Made by a program: the position numbers and the translations under genes
The notes under the pieces: generated by a model
What the model saw: the letters and a program-made list of their open reading frames with translations, nothing else
What the model was told of the DNA's origin: nothing
Databases searched by the model: none
NCBI GenBank assembly: GCA_043228905.1
Contig: JBHGNT010000021.1
Location: forward strand, 13,082,001-13,146,000
From: Azolla caroliniana
Lineage: Eukaryota; Plantae; Polypodiophyta
Length of the DNA stretch: 64,000 nt
Direction: 5' to 3'
Shown: one piece after another, positions 9,663 to 22,261 of the stretch
Position numbering within the stretch: position 1 is the stretch's first letter
How the letters are laid out: each line of letters starts with the position of its first letter

Positions 9663-11314
9663 GCATGCTTTCACCCTGGTACGTTGACTCCGGAGTGTCT
9701 AACCATAGGACGAGCCACAAAGAGTGGTTCTCGTATCTAGAAAAACCGGGAGTTGTCGAAACCGGAGATGACACCCCTGACCCAATCGAACATGTTGGAG
9801 AAGTTTCGTTAAGTCATGTCGGACAAAACGGGAAGTTGATGATTGTATTACATGTTCCAACAATTACGAAGAACCTAGTGTTGGTTGGATAGATCGTCAA
9901 CCATGGGATGCAAGTACGATTCACGCCCAAGCTTGGAATTCGAAGATAATGGACCAGTTGCGTAAGATGGGGTTTGTTGCCTCCAAATCCAACTCATCGT
10001 TGTTCATCCGAAAGGGTCCGAAAGGTCCGATATGCATTCTGTTATATGTCAACGACTTGGTGGTCATCAGACCTTCCTGAAATCGGCAGAGTGAAGTCCC
10101 AACTGTCAGAAGCATTTGAAATGAAGGATCTTGGGGACCTTCATTACTTCCTTGGGATCGAAGGGATCCATACCCCAGACAACATATTGTTGTCACAATG
10201 ATAGTATGTTTTGAATATGTTGTACAAGTCTTGAATGGAATCAAAAGCTACCTCCCAACTCCGGACCTACCTACAATGAGAAACGGTTTCGACAAATTGT
10301 CGGAAGCCTCATCTACCTAACCATCACCCAATCCGACATCAACTACCCGATCGGAGTGATCAGTCAATTTATGTAGAAGCCGACCGTCGAGCACCTTTAG
10401 TGCGCGCATCGACTATTGAGATATGTGAGCGGCACTATAGATCGAGGATTGTTACGCCGACACAGTATAACCAGATAGTTAGTCGATTATACAAATGTCA
10501 ATTGGGCCGGTGACGCGTCGGATCATCGGTCAACATCCAACTTCATGTTCTGTCTTGGTAGCTCACGGCTGTTGCATGGAGTAGCAAGAAGCAGCCGACA
10601 GTGGCTCTGTCGACTACTAAGACTGAGTATCAAGGTGCTACCATCACCACCTGTTGTTACCGATTAGGAACACAGTCTACGGTCAGTCCGTTGACCTAGA
10701 CCTCAAGGTGACTGTGTTGCAACGAATGATATCGTCGTAGTGTAATATTTCTAAGTGGGCTACCTCCCGTAATCTAGTAGCGTATAAGGGAGACGGCTAC
10801 AACCGAGCTCCTTAGACAGTGGACTAGCAACCACGTTGTTACTCACGCCTACGTTCTTACGGTTGTGCTACACCACCAAGAATCCCAAACACACAGTAGA
10901 TTAACCACGGATGCACACAGAGATAAGAGAAGATATAACTATATTAAGATACGCCTTTTACATTCAAAATTACACGCTACCTCTATCAGAGGATTTCTGC
11001 CCTTTATATATGCAGGGTCTTTTAGCCGTTCATGCTTCCTGTGTGAACCATTTAAATGCGTTACAATATTACTATATTCTATATTTTTGTGCTCTTGTCC
11101 GTCGGTTACTATTCCGGCGGACAACACCTGGCACGTCGGACTTATCCCTTTAATCTTCCTCCAAAATGGCCCTGATATTTGGTTCTGCTCCGGTGTCCAG
11201 GTCCGGAGATGGCGTAGGGCCCGTAGGCGCATCGTTGTGTGGTTCCCCTCCTTGCTCGGGAGGGCTTCCCATTGTGTCGTTGCCTTCTTGTGTGGGTGGT
11301 CTGGGTTCTGCAGG

Positions 11315-13480
11315 CTATTCTTGTCCTATTGTGGTTGGTTCAGCCATCGGCAGGCTTGTGGTAGGTCGCGGTTCTGTCTCGTCCGTAGCTTCCTCCGTGA
11401 TGTCGGCCGTAGCCGTACGCTCCAATGAGTGGGGTTGGGGTTCCTCTTGGTCCGGAACGTCTTCCGTGATGTCGGCCATAGTCGTACGCTCCGGTGGTTG
11501 GGGTTCCTCTTGGTCGGCGGTTTCGCTTTCTGGTATTGCGGGGGGCTCCGCTCGCCGTTCCGTGTTGTCCACCGTAGTGGTAATTTCCGGTGACATGGGC
11601 TGAGGTTCCTCTTGTCCGGCAATATCCGGAATTGGTATCGCGATGGATTCCTCGTTTGTTCACGTGCTGCCGGTTTGCATGATCTAGTGAAACAGGTCCT
11701 CCTGACTTTCACCAAAATCATCTAGTAGCTGCGCGAGTTCCTCGGAATGTTGGTCCGCTAGCGTGCGATAGTCTTATGCTAGGTCCTCGCGTACTGCCGC
11801 AATGCTTTCCTCATTGAGTTTGTAGAACCCTCGGCCGTCTTTCCTTCGGTTCTCCCAGTCCGCCCGATACGTATGCAATTCCGCCGCTTGTGCGGCCCAC
11901 GCCATCCATCCTTTGTCTAGCGCCGATTTTAATTGCGCTGTAAACCTCTCCCGATTCCTTTGCAGAAGTATGCGCACGTTGTCAGTTATTGCTTGGCAAC
12001 GGTTGCGTGCTTCTTCTACGGATTTCTTGAGGTTTTCGATTTCTTGTTTACTAATCGTTGTCGCTTCCTCATAAGTACTCCTCATTCCTGCCCATAGTTG
12101 AGATTCCTTCAAATGTAGTTCTTCCAGCTTTCCCATTTCATTGTTCAAGCGGATTTCTAGTTGATGCCTCCTCTCTTGTTCTCCAACCAGCTGCTCATCA
12201 AATCATGCTTTCTTTTTGTCGAATAACGCACGGAGTCCCGTAATCGCCACTTTCTATTTTTTCGCTTCCTCCCGTAGTTTGGCGTTTTCTTCTTTCGTGC
12301 GGGTGTATTGTGTTGTGTTGCCTCCACAGCCAGTTTCTCTTCAAGTGTTTTTACTACCTTTCGGCTGTTGGCCCGGATGTCCTTCTCTTTGTCCAAGTAC
12401 TAGCGAAGTTCGGAGCGAAGACGGTCAATCTCGGATTCCGCCAGTTGCACGGCCCGTTTTGCTTTTGAGGAAATTGCAGTGTGGACTTCAATTTCTTCTT
12501 TCAGGGCCTCGACGGTGTTGGCCGTTGGTTGAGCTACCTATTGCGCCGTAGTCACGTTACACTCCAACTCCACGATGCGTGCGTTGGCCTTTTGTAGCTC
12601 GGCTTGGGTCAGTTTCACAGTCTTGCAGACATTTTTATTTTTAATCGCCATATCCTTGGCGCCTATACTGACCTTCGCCAGTTCCCGATGAACTTCGACA
12701 AGGGCCACGTTTAATGGGGGTAGTTCCATCCCCATTCAGCATATACCGACGTTCCTCTGTCTGTTGACTCTGGCTAACTGATCCTCATCATCGCTTTCCG
12801 CTGTTTGTGTTAGCGCGCGCTCGATCATTTGGCGCTCCGCATGCTCCTCAGCCATTTGTTGTGAGACTTTTATTTGTTGTGTTGCCAAAAATTCCATGAG
12901 TTCAAAAGTGGTTCCAAACTCATGGGCCGTGTCCGGAATAGCCGGATATGCCAGGACCTCGCTTTCCGCTGTAAATACGCCTTTCCCCCGTTGTGACTGG
13001 GCCGTAATGATCGGCCGTGGTTCTTGGATTATTTCGAAGTTGGTGTTGGGCTTCGTAGCTACGGAGCTGTCGACCATGGTCACCGTCTCTGTGGCCGCGA
13101 GTGTGTCTTTAACTAACCCACGCCCATCTTTCCTATCCAGTCTCCGCCGCTTCGGCCTCGGGCTTTCCTGTCGTGGTTCGGCTTTCTGCTCTTGTCCCGC
13201 TTCCTCGGTGCACTCAGCCTGCTCTTCCTGTGTTGTTCGCATGTTCGGATGGGCGGATTGGGGTTCATCCTCCCACTCTGTGGTGGCTAACTCTGCTAAC
13301 CTTTGCTTCGCGGATCGTGGCGGCGGCGTGAGTTTGTTGGGTTGCAGTGTCGGCAGACCTCGGGGTGGGAATAGTATCGTCAGATACTGTTGTATGATAG
13401 GCCTGAGCTTTTTGCCTCCTTCATACGCGTACAGGACTTCCCGTAATGCTGTCCCCGTAATGACCCCCCAATCGACCATA
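11315..13480 (-). pseudogene. Fragmented accessory ORFs (VDWG motif, coiled-coil and acidic repeat segments) of the unclassified LTR element
   Basis: Broken ORFs 12736-13479, 12538-12735, 12157-12396, 11774-12148 and 11315-11596, all on the same strand. No gag/pol motifs. Confidence 0.5.
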
Positions 13481-13779
13481 CGCCCTTCAAAGGTATCAAT
13501 GATGATACATGCCTTCTACTTGGGCATCCCATATGCGTTTACATGTACGCATTCGACCTCCAACAGGACCTTGGCTATCCTTATGATATTAGATTATATA
13601 TTCTAAAAACAATACACATAAACTTGTTATCACAATGGTTAAGGATTTGACATGCGTATAACAAGGTTGTGGGTTCAATTCCTTTCCAGACAAAATGTGA
13701 GTGTCATCATGACACTATCCCCCTTCTTCAACGACACGTCTCACGGATCGTAAGATTCGTAGTAGGACGTGGTTTATGA

Positions 13780-13933
13780 GGATATTTGCGATGAAATGTG
13801 GTGACCATGTCCGCAGCATTGGAAAGATTTGCAGCAAGTTCCCAACTTCGATTGTTGGGGGTATAGCCTAGCCAATCAACCAAGTAATACAACTTGTTGC
13901 GCACGATTTTAGAATCGAGAATGGCGGCAACGT
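13780..13933 (-). pseudogene. Chromodomain of the chromovirus integrase (separated by a nested insertion)
   Basis: Removing the nested element restores PDFDVAAILDSKIVRNKLYYLVDWLGYTPNNRSWELAANL. Confidence 0.85.
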
Positions 13934-14618
13934 TGTCGCGTTGTTACGCACGTGCGTGGAGAAGGGCGGAACCACGGGGGTCTTGGACTAAGGAGAAGGG
14001 GAGAAGGAATAGGACTTCGGAATGGAGCTTAGCACAAGAAGAGAAAGAATGAACAAGAGGAAGATGGAGGCCAAATGCTCAACAAGATATATTAGAACCG
14101 AAAACCGATTACAAAATGGCGGCCGCGTAGGCCGCACCAAACGACTATGATAAACCCGAAACCCTAATCCGACGAAGAAGAAAAGAAACCCTAAACCTAA
14201 CGCTCGTCCTATGTGGTATACCTTTCGCACTCAAAATAGGCAAACCCCACAATGGTGCTCTTCCTCTCCCTTTATAGCACAAGGAGGGAAGACTGTTACA
14301 TAAAGGTGCTACAAAATATCCCCTTTCAATCAATGGGGATATTTCCCTTGATTTTAGGGGAGGTGGGAAGGATGGGTCTTAACTCCCACCTCTACACGAA
14401 CTACTATGTACCTATCTCTCTCTCTCACGTGGATGTGCGCGCAAAAGCACATCACCTTTACACTTTACAAATCCTAAGGTGCATTTCTAGCACCACACTT
14501 ATCACTATCGACAAATAGAAATACAACATCTTGATGTGCAACGTTGCACATCGCGGGTTTGCTTACTTCGCTCGGTTTTCCGCCTATGGACGAAAATCTT
14601 CACGACATCCGCCCCCAC

Positions 14619-17600
14619 CTAACCGCACATCCACCGGTATGTGCCAAAAGGGGAACAAAACGCGAGATTTTCGGCCAAGGCGGCCAACCGAGCCCTTGAC
14701 AACCTCGTGGGCTTGCCCGGCTTAGTCTTCCACTTCGAGCAAGTCCACCCCGTCCACACGAACCACCGTCGCCTTCCGGCCCACCATCTCCGCCGAATGG
14801 TCTCGAACCGTCGGCTCCATCCGATCCGCCACACTTGACGACGTTCGCCGAGTCGTTGCCTCCACCCGATCCGCCACGTCCACCGTGTTTCCTCGAACCA
14901 CCGTCTACATCCGGACCGCCGTTTCCGATGCCCGCGCTTTCTTCCCCGATCGGTCCTCCCGAACGCCGTTGCCGACCCTTTGTCCGCCTCGCATATTCTC
15001 CGGATCCGCCTTTTTCGTGCCGCGCACCTCGTCGTGCCGACTCTTCTCGCTCCGCGCTTGCCTTCCGTAGGCTTTCCCCGTACGTCGGTGTCGTCCTCCG
15101 AATGCGTGCTCGTGCTTCGGTCCTTCGATGACCCCATCACGCATTTTTTGCCTTCCCTTTGCTTGCCGTGCTCTCTCGCCGTAGAGCATACCATCGTTCC
15201 CGTGCTCGTTGCTTGGCCCTCATGCGGCCGCATTGCACGTTTCGCATTCCGCTCCTCTTCGCGTACCCTTTCGGAAAGGTACCTTTCTTCCCCGACCTCC
15301 GTTTCGCTCGGAGGAACACCCTCTTGGCCCTCTTGGCCCGCTCGACCGCACACATCCTTCGTGATGTCGTGTTCGTTCTTTTGGGCGCATACATCTTCGT
15401 TCTCCGCGACCTCCCGTATGCCTCTCTCGGTGCCTTCATCCGTTGTGGCCTTCGTCCCCTCGCCGCCACCGTCCGCCACTCTTGGTCTCACGTCGGCACT
15501 CGCGCCGACCGCCGGAGTCTCTATAGCCGGTGTGGAGGATCCCTCTCGGGCCTTATCTTCGTGGCCGCCGGTCTTAGCCTCTCCGTAGGCCACCTCTTCC
15601 CACCAATCTTCCCTAGCATCGTGCCAGGTCTTGTCGTCGCCGCCTTCCTCCTCGTATTCGCCTCTCGAAGGCGTGATCCGACCGTCATCTTCGGTCGCTC
15701 GATGTGGCTCCTTCGTAGGCATGCTTGTGTCTTGGCCCTCCATCGGCCGTATTGCATGCATCTCGTCTCGCTCTTCCGCCGTAGACCCGACCTCCGTGTC
15801 GGTCTTCTCCTCCTTTGTCGCCGTAGCCCGTTCCGACACGGGCTCGCCGTCTTGGACCCACCCGTCCACCATCTCGTACCGGATATCCGTTCCGGTAACC
15901 TCGTACGCTCCGGCCTCCGACTCCTCGCCGCCACCCGCCGTTTCTCCGGTCTTATGTTGATCCGCAACCGCCGTAGTCTCTAGAGTGGGTATGGAGGGTC
16001 TCGTTTGTTTCCGTTTTTCCCCCGAACCATGGTCGTCGTGCCCGGTTAGCCTCCATCTCGCGCTTACCGGCTCCCATCGTAACCGTAACCGGCCAATCGG
16101 TCTCGCCGGCTTCCTTCGGTTTGGGCCCGGTTCGCCGGCCCTTACTCTCTTCTTCTTCCGTGCCGTATTCCGGTCGGGTCGGTTCCCGACTCTCTCCTCG
16201 TTTCCGCTCCGGTCCTCTCCGTCGGACCCACCGTATACACCCATTCCGGGCCCCGCATACTCGTCTTCGTATGCGCTCTCTCCGGGCCTCACCTCCTCAC
16301 GGTCACCGCCCATCTCTCCGGTCTCACGTTGGCATTCGAGCACAACCGCCGAAGTCTCCGGCCCCGGTGTCAAGGGGTCTAGCCTCCGTCCGCTCCAATC
16401 TTCCTTCTCGTTTCCGTTGCCCGCCTTGCCGCCGTCATCTCCCGTCGCACTAAGCCTCATGCCGGCACTCGGGCCGGCCATTGGAGCCTCTAGGATTGGT
16501 GTGGGTAAGGACCCGGCACCGCCGCTTGTTGTCTCCGTAGCCGCTTTCGTTCGGATGTCGTTGTCCGCGGCTCCCCCATCTCCGATTCCGTAAGCCTCTA
16601 GTATGCTTGCCACCACCTCTTCTTCGCCGTTCTCCGCGTCATTTTGTTTGCCCGCCTTGCTGCCGCCACCGCCCGTCGTTCTAGGTCTCGTGCCGGCACT
16701 CGGGCCGACCGCCGAAGCCTCTAGGGCCGGTGTGTGGAAGGTCGCGGCACCACCGCTCGCCTCCTCTCCGCTCGATGTTTTGGGCCGCCGTGCCCCGAAT
16801 CTTCCGCCCACTTTCGAAGTGGCGCTCTCCGCTTTGTAGTCACCGGCCTCATCCTTGGCCGTCCATTCGCCGCAAGACGAGAGGGTTTCTCGCTCCGCAC
16901 CCTCTCCCATGTCGTCGTCGTTTCGGTTGCCCGCCTTGCCGCCGCCACCGTCCGTCACTCTAGGCCTCTCGCCGGCTCTCGGGCCAGGTGCCGGAGTCTC
17001 TAGGACCGGTGTGTGGAAGGTCGCGACACCACCACTCCTCTCGTCCGTAGCCACCTCCATTCGGACATCGTCGTCCGTGGCTACCCCGTCTTCGGTTTCG
17101 CAAGCATCGAGTATGCTTGCCGCCGCCTCTTCTTCGTCGGTCTCGTCCTCATCTCGGTTGTCCGCCTTGCCGCCGCCACCGCCCGTAGCTCTAGGTCTCG
17201 TGCCGGCACTCGGGCCGACCGCCGAAGCCTCTAGGGCCGGTGTGTGGAAGGTCGCGACACCGACGCTCGTCTCCTCCCGACTCGATGTTTCGGGCCACCG
17301 TGTCCCGAAACCGTAGTTACCGGCCTCCATGGCCGTCGCTTCACCGCAAGGCAAGAGGGTCGCTTGCTCCGCACCCTCTCCCTTGTCACCGTCGTACGCT
17401 CTTCCGGCCTCGATTTTCGCAGTCACGATCTCGCACGCCTCCCATACCAACGCCTCGAAGTCGTACTCCTCCGGTTGGTCGTGCATCGAGCTCTCTTCCG
17501 GCGGTGGTGTGTAGCCGCCCACCGCGCTCTCTTCTCAGCCGCTCGCGGGTCGTGTTGTGGCCGACCACCTCTTATCATGTTGTCGGCACACCCGTTCTAC

Positions 17601-18176
17601 TTCGGGCCACTCCTCGGTGAGACCATGCGCCCCATAATCGTCTTGAAGCTCGAACATGATGTCCATCCTCTCCTCATGATGGACCGTCTTCAAAAATAGG
17701 AGGACTTTGTCCGCCCCCACCGATCTCCGTTCCCACTCCGAGAGTTGAGAGAAACGACGCTCGAACTCTCGGAATGCCTCCATTGCGCCCCGATGGTGCC
17801 TCGCCGACGCCACCCACCGATCGAACTCTCGCCGACCTCTTACCTCCGATTCCGCGCACCCGTATGCCTCCATTAGAGCCCCTTCAAAGGACTCCCACGA
17901 TTCGTGAGCTTCTTGGAGCTCCTTGACCTCCTCGTACTTTGATGCGGCCGCCGCTCGACGAAAGAACTCTAGCCTCGTCGCTTCGTCCACGCCCATCCCC
18001 CTCATTTCCGCATCGTAGGCTCTCAAAAATTTTGGGACCTCCTTCCCATCGAACCGGCCAACTAGACGGACCACCCTTTCGACCGCTTGTTGAGCCGCCT
18101 CTCGCCTCGCCCTCTTCCGTCCGGCGTCCATCAAGATCTTTGTCATCATCTCCTCGAAGTCGAAGCCTTCTTCCAT
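14619..18176 (-). CDS. Gag-like N-terminus (213 aa), one in-frame TGA, then a 967-aa disordered repeat region (~1185 codons in one frame)
   Basis: VGRFDGKEVPKFLRAY and DKVLLFLK resemble the Gag of the autonomous-type relatives. ORFs 17535..18176 and 14619..17522 share a frame (GGC TGA GAA GAG AGC GCG GTG). The frame ends at the PPT. Confidence 0.7.
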
Positions 18177-18196
18177 CTCTTTCTCCCTTGCCGCCC

Positions 18197-18214
18197 TTCA
18201 CGTCGGGTTCACCA
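18197..18214 (-). promoter_or_regulatory. Primer-binding site complementary to the plant tRNA-Trp 3' end
   Basis: TGGTGAACCCGACGTGAA on minus, 4 nt from the LTR. Variants at 33646-33663 (-) and 37720-37737 (+). Confidence 0.85.
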
Positions 18215-18894
18215 AAGATGTCGCGTTGTTACACGCGTGCGTGGAGAAGGGCGGAACCACGGGGGTCTTGGACTAAGGAGAAGGGGAGAAGGAATAGGAC
18301 TTCGGAATGGAGCTTAGCACAAGAAGAGAAAGAATGAACAAGAGGAAGATGGAGGCCAAATGCTCAACAAGATATATTAGAACCGAAAACCGATTACAAA
18401 ATGGCGGCCGCGTAGGCCGCACCAAACGACTATGATAAACCCGAAACCCTAATCCGACGAAGAAGAAAAGAAACCCTAAACCTAACGCTCGTCCTATGTG
18501 GTATACCTTTCGCACTCAAAATAGGCAACCCCCACAATGGTGCTCTTCCTCTCCCTTTATAGCACAAGGAGGGAAGACCGTTACATAAAGGTGCTACAAA
18601 ATATCCCCTTTCAATCAATGGGGATATTTCCCTTGATTTTAGGGGAGGTGGGAAGGATGGGTCTTAACTCCCACCTCTACACGAACTACTATGTACCTAC
18701 CTCTCTCTCACGTGGATGTGCGCGCAAAAGCACATCACCTTTACACTTTACAAATCCTAAGGTGCATTTCTAGCACCACACTTATCACTATCGACAAATA
18801 GAAATACAACATCTTGATGTGCAACGTTGCACATCGCGGGTTTGCTTACTTCGCTCGGTTTTCCGCCTATGGACGAAAATCTTCACGACAACGT

Positions 18895-21800
18895 CAAAGT
18901 CGGGTCCTTCCAAGAACTCAACTGGTGGTGGAGGAGTTGTAATACGGCCCGGAATTGAACTGCTGGTGTAAGGTTCTAAAAGGGATACATGGAAAGACCG
19001 GATGGAGGCGTATGTGCGGAGGGAGGCCAAGACGATATGCAACATCACTTATCTTACCAGTGATCATGTACGGGCCAAAACATTGGTAATCCAATTTACC
19101 ACAAGGCCGAGTAGTCTTGATGTTGTGTTGGAGAAGCCATACATGATCCCCAACACAGAATTTTTTGGAGGAATCTAGGCAATGACGATCCGCAAGCCTC
19201 TTGTCTGTAACTTGTGCATCATGTAAATTGTGAAGAATAGCAGCGTGAATTTCTTGGAGGCGACTAAGACGATCCGCAATAGCAGGGTTGGTAGGCACTT
19301 GTGGATGCGCATTCATTGTCCACCGAGGATGGTGGCCCGTATTTGCGAAAAATGGGGAATAACCCATAGAAGAATGGACCGAGTTATTGTAAGCGAATTC
19401 AGCCAAGTGCAGAAAATCAACCCAATCATCTTGTTGGTAGTTGATGAAACAACGAAGATATTGCTCCAATGTCTGGTTGGTACGCTCAGTTTGGCCGTTA
19501 GTCTCAGGATGATAGCCTGAAGAAAGCTTAACCGAAATTCAGAGAAGTTTGAGTATATGCTTCCAAAACTTTGAAATAAATTGTGGACCCCGATCACTAA
19601 TAATACCATCCAGAAGACCATGGTGCTTAAATACCTCCCGCATAACTAGATCGACCACCTCTTGACTAGCAATAAACTTCGTACATGGCACGAAATGTGC
19701 CATTTTGGTAAGTCGATCAACCACTGTGAGAATTGCATCATAACCTTTTGAAATTGGGAGATCAGTAATGAAATCCAAGGATTTTCCAGAATGGGAAGTG
19801 GTTGTAGTAAGCCATAGGATCGATGTCGAGGACTCTTTGATCGACAACAGGTATCACAGCTGCGAACATACTCCTCAACAAAACAACGAAGGCGAGGCCA
19901 CCAATATTGTCAAGAAACTAATTCTAGAGTTTTGCGAACTCCAAAATGTCCAGCCATTGGTGAGTCATGGCAATGTTGTAGAACTTGTAGTCGCGGGGGA
20001 CCATCAGGAACATACAATAGGTTTTGTTGAAATAGAAAACCACCATGCCAATAGAACAAACGATAGTCCTGCTGAGGGTTTTTCGATTGCGAACTAGAAG
20101 CACGATCTAGGACAATATGATCCAAAACCTGCTTGGCTAATTCATCAATGGCCATATGATCTCGAATGGAATCAAGAAGAGTGCAATCTTCAAGTGTTGT
20201 TATGGCATTAACTACCATTAATCGTAGGCGATTAGGACCCAAAAGGATTTGTTTTTGATGCTCAAATGCAGGTTCCCTTGGACGAAGTTCCATATAAGAG
20301 CGTCGAGAAAGCGCATTTGCTTTACCTTGCTGCATCCCAGGGCGATATATGATTACAAAGTCAAAGTGAGTCAAAAATTGCGCCCACCGGGCTTGTCGCC
20401 AACTCAGGACTCGAGCATTTTGGAAATATGTCAAGTTCTTATGATCATTGTAGACAATGATCTGCTGAGAAGAGCCTTCTAGAAAATGTCACCATTGTAG
20501 AAAAGAGTCCACGATTGCAAGAAGTTCTTTGTCATGGATCTCGTGGTTGATCTCTGCAGTTTCAAACTTTTGGGAATGAAAGGTGATAGGATGTAGCTCT
20601 CCGTCATCTCCCGTCTGCGACAAGACACTTCCTAGTGCAAAATTGGATGCATCAGCTTCAAGGATGAAGCATTTTGTTGGATCGACATGTGCTAAGATTG
20701 GTGCCGTTGTAAACGCCTGTATTAAACTTTCAAATGTCTCGGCTACATCCGAACTCCAAATGAATGGTTGATTTTTGTGTGTGAGTTGAGTGAGCGGAAG
20801 CACGACCTTAGAATAATTTCTAATAAATTTCCGATAAAAGTTTGCAAACCCGAGAAAACATTGCACGTCGCGCACTGAAAGGGGAGTCTGCCACTCTAGA
20901 ATTGCTTGAACCTTCATGGCGTCCATAGATACCATCTGAGGATACAACGTACCCCAAAAATCCCACTTGATTCTGGCTGAAACTACACTTCTCTAATTTT
21001 GCATCGAGACCATATTCTCGTAGCCGACGTAGTACCTGACGAACATGTTCATCATGTTCCTCTTGGGTCTTCGAATTGATCAAAATGTCATCTAGGTAAA
21101 CTATAGTGAAGATATCGAGAAAATCTCGAAAAATATCATTCACCATATGCTGGAAAACTACATGTGCATTCATGAGACCGAATGGCGTCACAGTATACTC
21201 GAAATGTCCATCCCTCAAACGAATCCGAACTAGATTATATGCACCACGAAGGTCCAACTTTGTGAAATATTTTGCTCCACTAAGACGTTCCAAAAGATTC
21301 GGGATTAATGGTAAAGCATATCGATTCCGGATGGTCACTTTGTTTAGCCCTCGATAATCCACGACCAACCTAAGAGACCCATTCTTTTTCTTAACGAAGA
21401 AGATAGGTGCACCAGCAGAGGATCTAGAATGCCAAATGAATCCATTTGCGAGATTCTCGTTGATATATTCCCGCACAGTCTCTAGCTCTACAGGGGAAAG
21501 ATTATAAATTGGGCCCCATGGAGGTTCTTTCCCCGGTTGCAAGTCAATAGGGCAGTCGTATGGCCGATGCTCCGGCAATGTATTGGCCTTCACCTTATCA
21601 AAGACATCTGAAAACTCTTTGTATTTATCTGGTAGTTGAATGTCCCCTTCATGCAAGGTGGATGACGGAGTTGCCACTATTGCGAAGATAAACATATCCT
21701 TAGTCCCCCCTTCCTCACGTAATTGACATAGAGAGATGGTAGATAACTTATGGGGTCTAGTATCAAATGTCGGAGATTTGAGGGATGTGACCTTTGTTCT

Positions 21801-22235
21801 TTCTTCTTGGGTCTCCTCAATTATTCTTTTGATCCAATCAATCTTCGAGTTATGGAGTTCAAACCAAGGGAGACCTAGAACTATTGGGTGTTCTGGACTA
21901 CGAATAATGTTGAAGGAGATTATGCTTGCCAAATTGCGAAGAACTATATGAATTGGCTCGGACCCCTCGACTATATCACCTGATGCTATGGGACGGCCAT
22001 CAATGACTCCTACGGCTACTGGGTTCGGGAGCTTATTCAAGAGGATGTTTTGTGACAATCCAAACTCATGATCCATGAAACAAGAGTTGGCTCCAGAATT
22101 TAGGAGGGCCGAGGCTAGGACTCGATGACATGTAGATGTGGTAAGCTCAACTTGCGTAGAAAAAACTCTACTCACTTGACTTGATAAAATGGAACCACGA
22201 CTAGGGACTAACTCTATATATCTAGGATGGTTCAA
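18895..22235 (-). pseudogene. pol: Chromovirus Pol (protease, RT, RNase H, integrase), frameshifted
   Basis: [83 protein letters not shown], spread over several frames. Confidence 0.92.
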
Positions 22236-22261
22236 CCAAATGGCTCCTATTTTGGCCGGAC

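Larger units (their letters stand above)
13934..18890 (-). mobile_element. Young non-autonomous (pol-less) LTR element 1, tRNA-Trp primed
   Basis: Near-identical LTRs 13934-14607 and 18219-18890 (TGTC...GACA). 4-bp TSD ACGT at 13930-13933 and 18891-18894. PPT at 14608-14620, PBS at 18197-18214. Confidence 0.95.

Noticed and set aside
18197-18214. tRNA-Trp gene
   Set aside because: Only the 3'-terminal 18 nt including CCA are present, next to an LTR, so it is a PBS.
14641-18337. Many overlapping plus-strand ORFs in the GC-rich internal region (likewise 30177-33742)
   Set aside because: Shadow ORFs of a GC-rich, stop-poor repeat. Only the minus-strand frame has Gag similarity and cross-family motif conservation.
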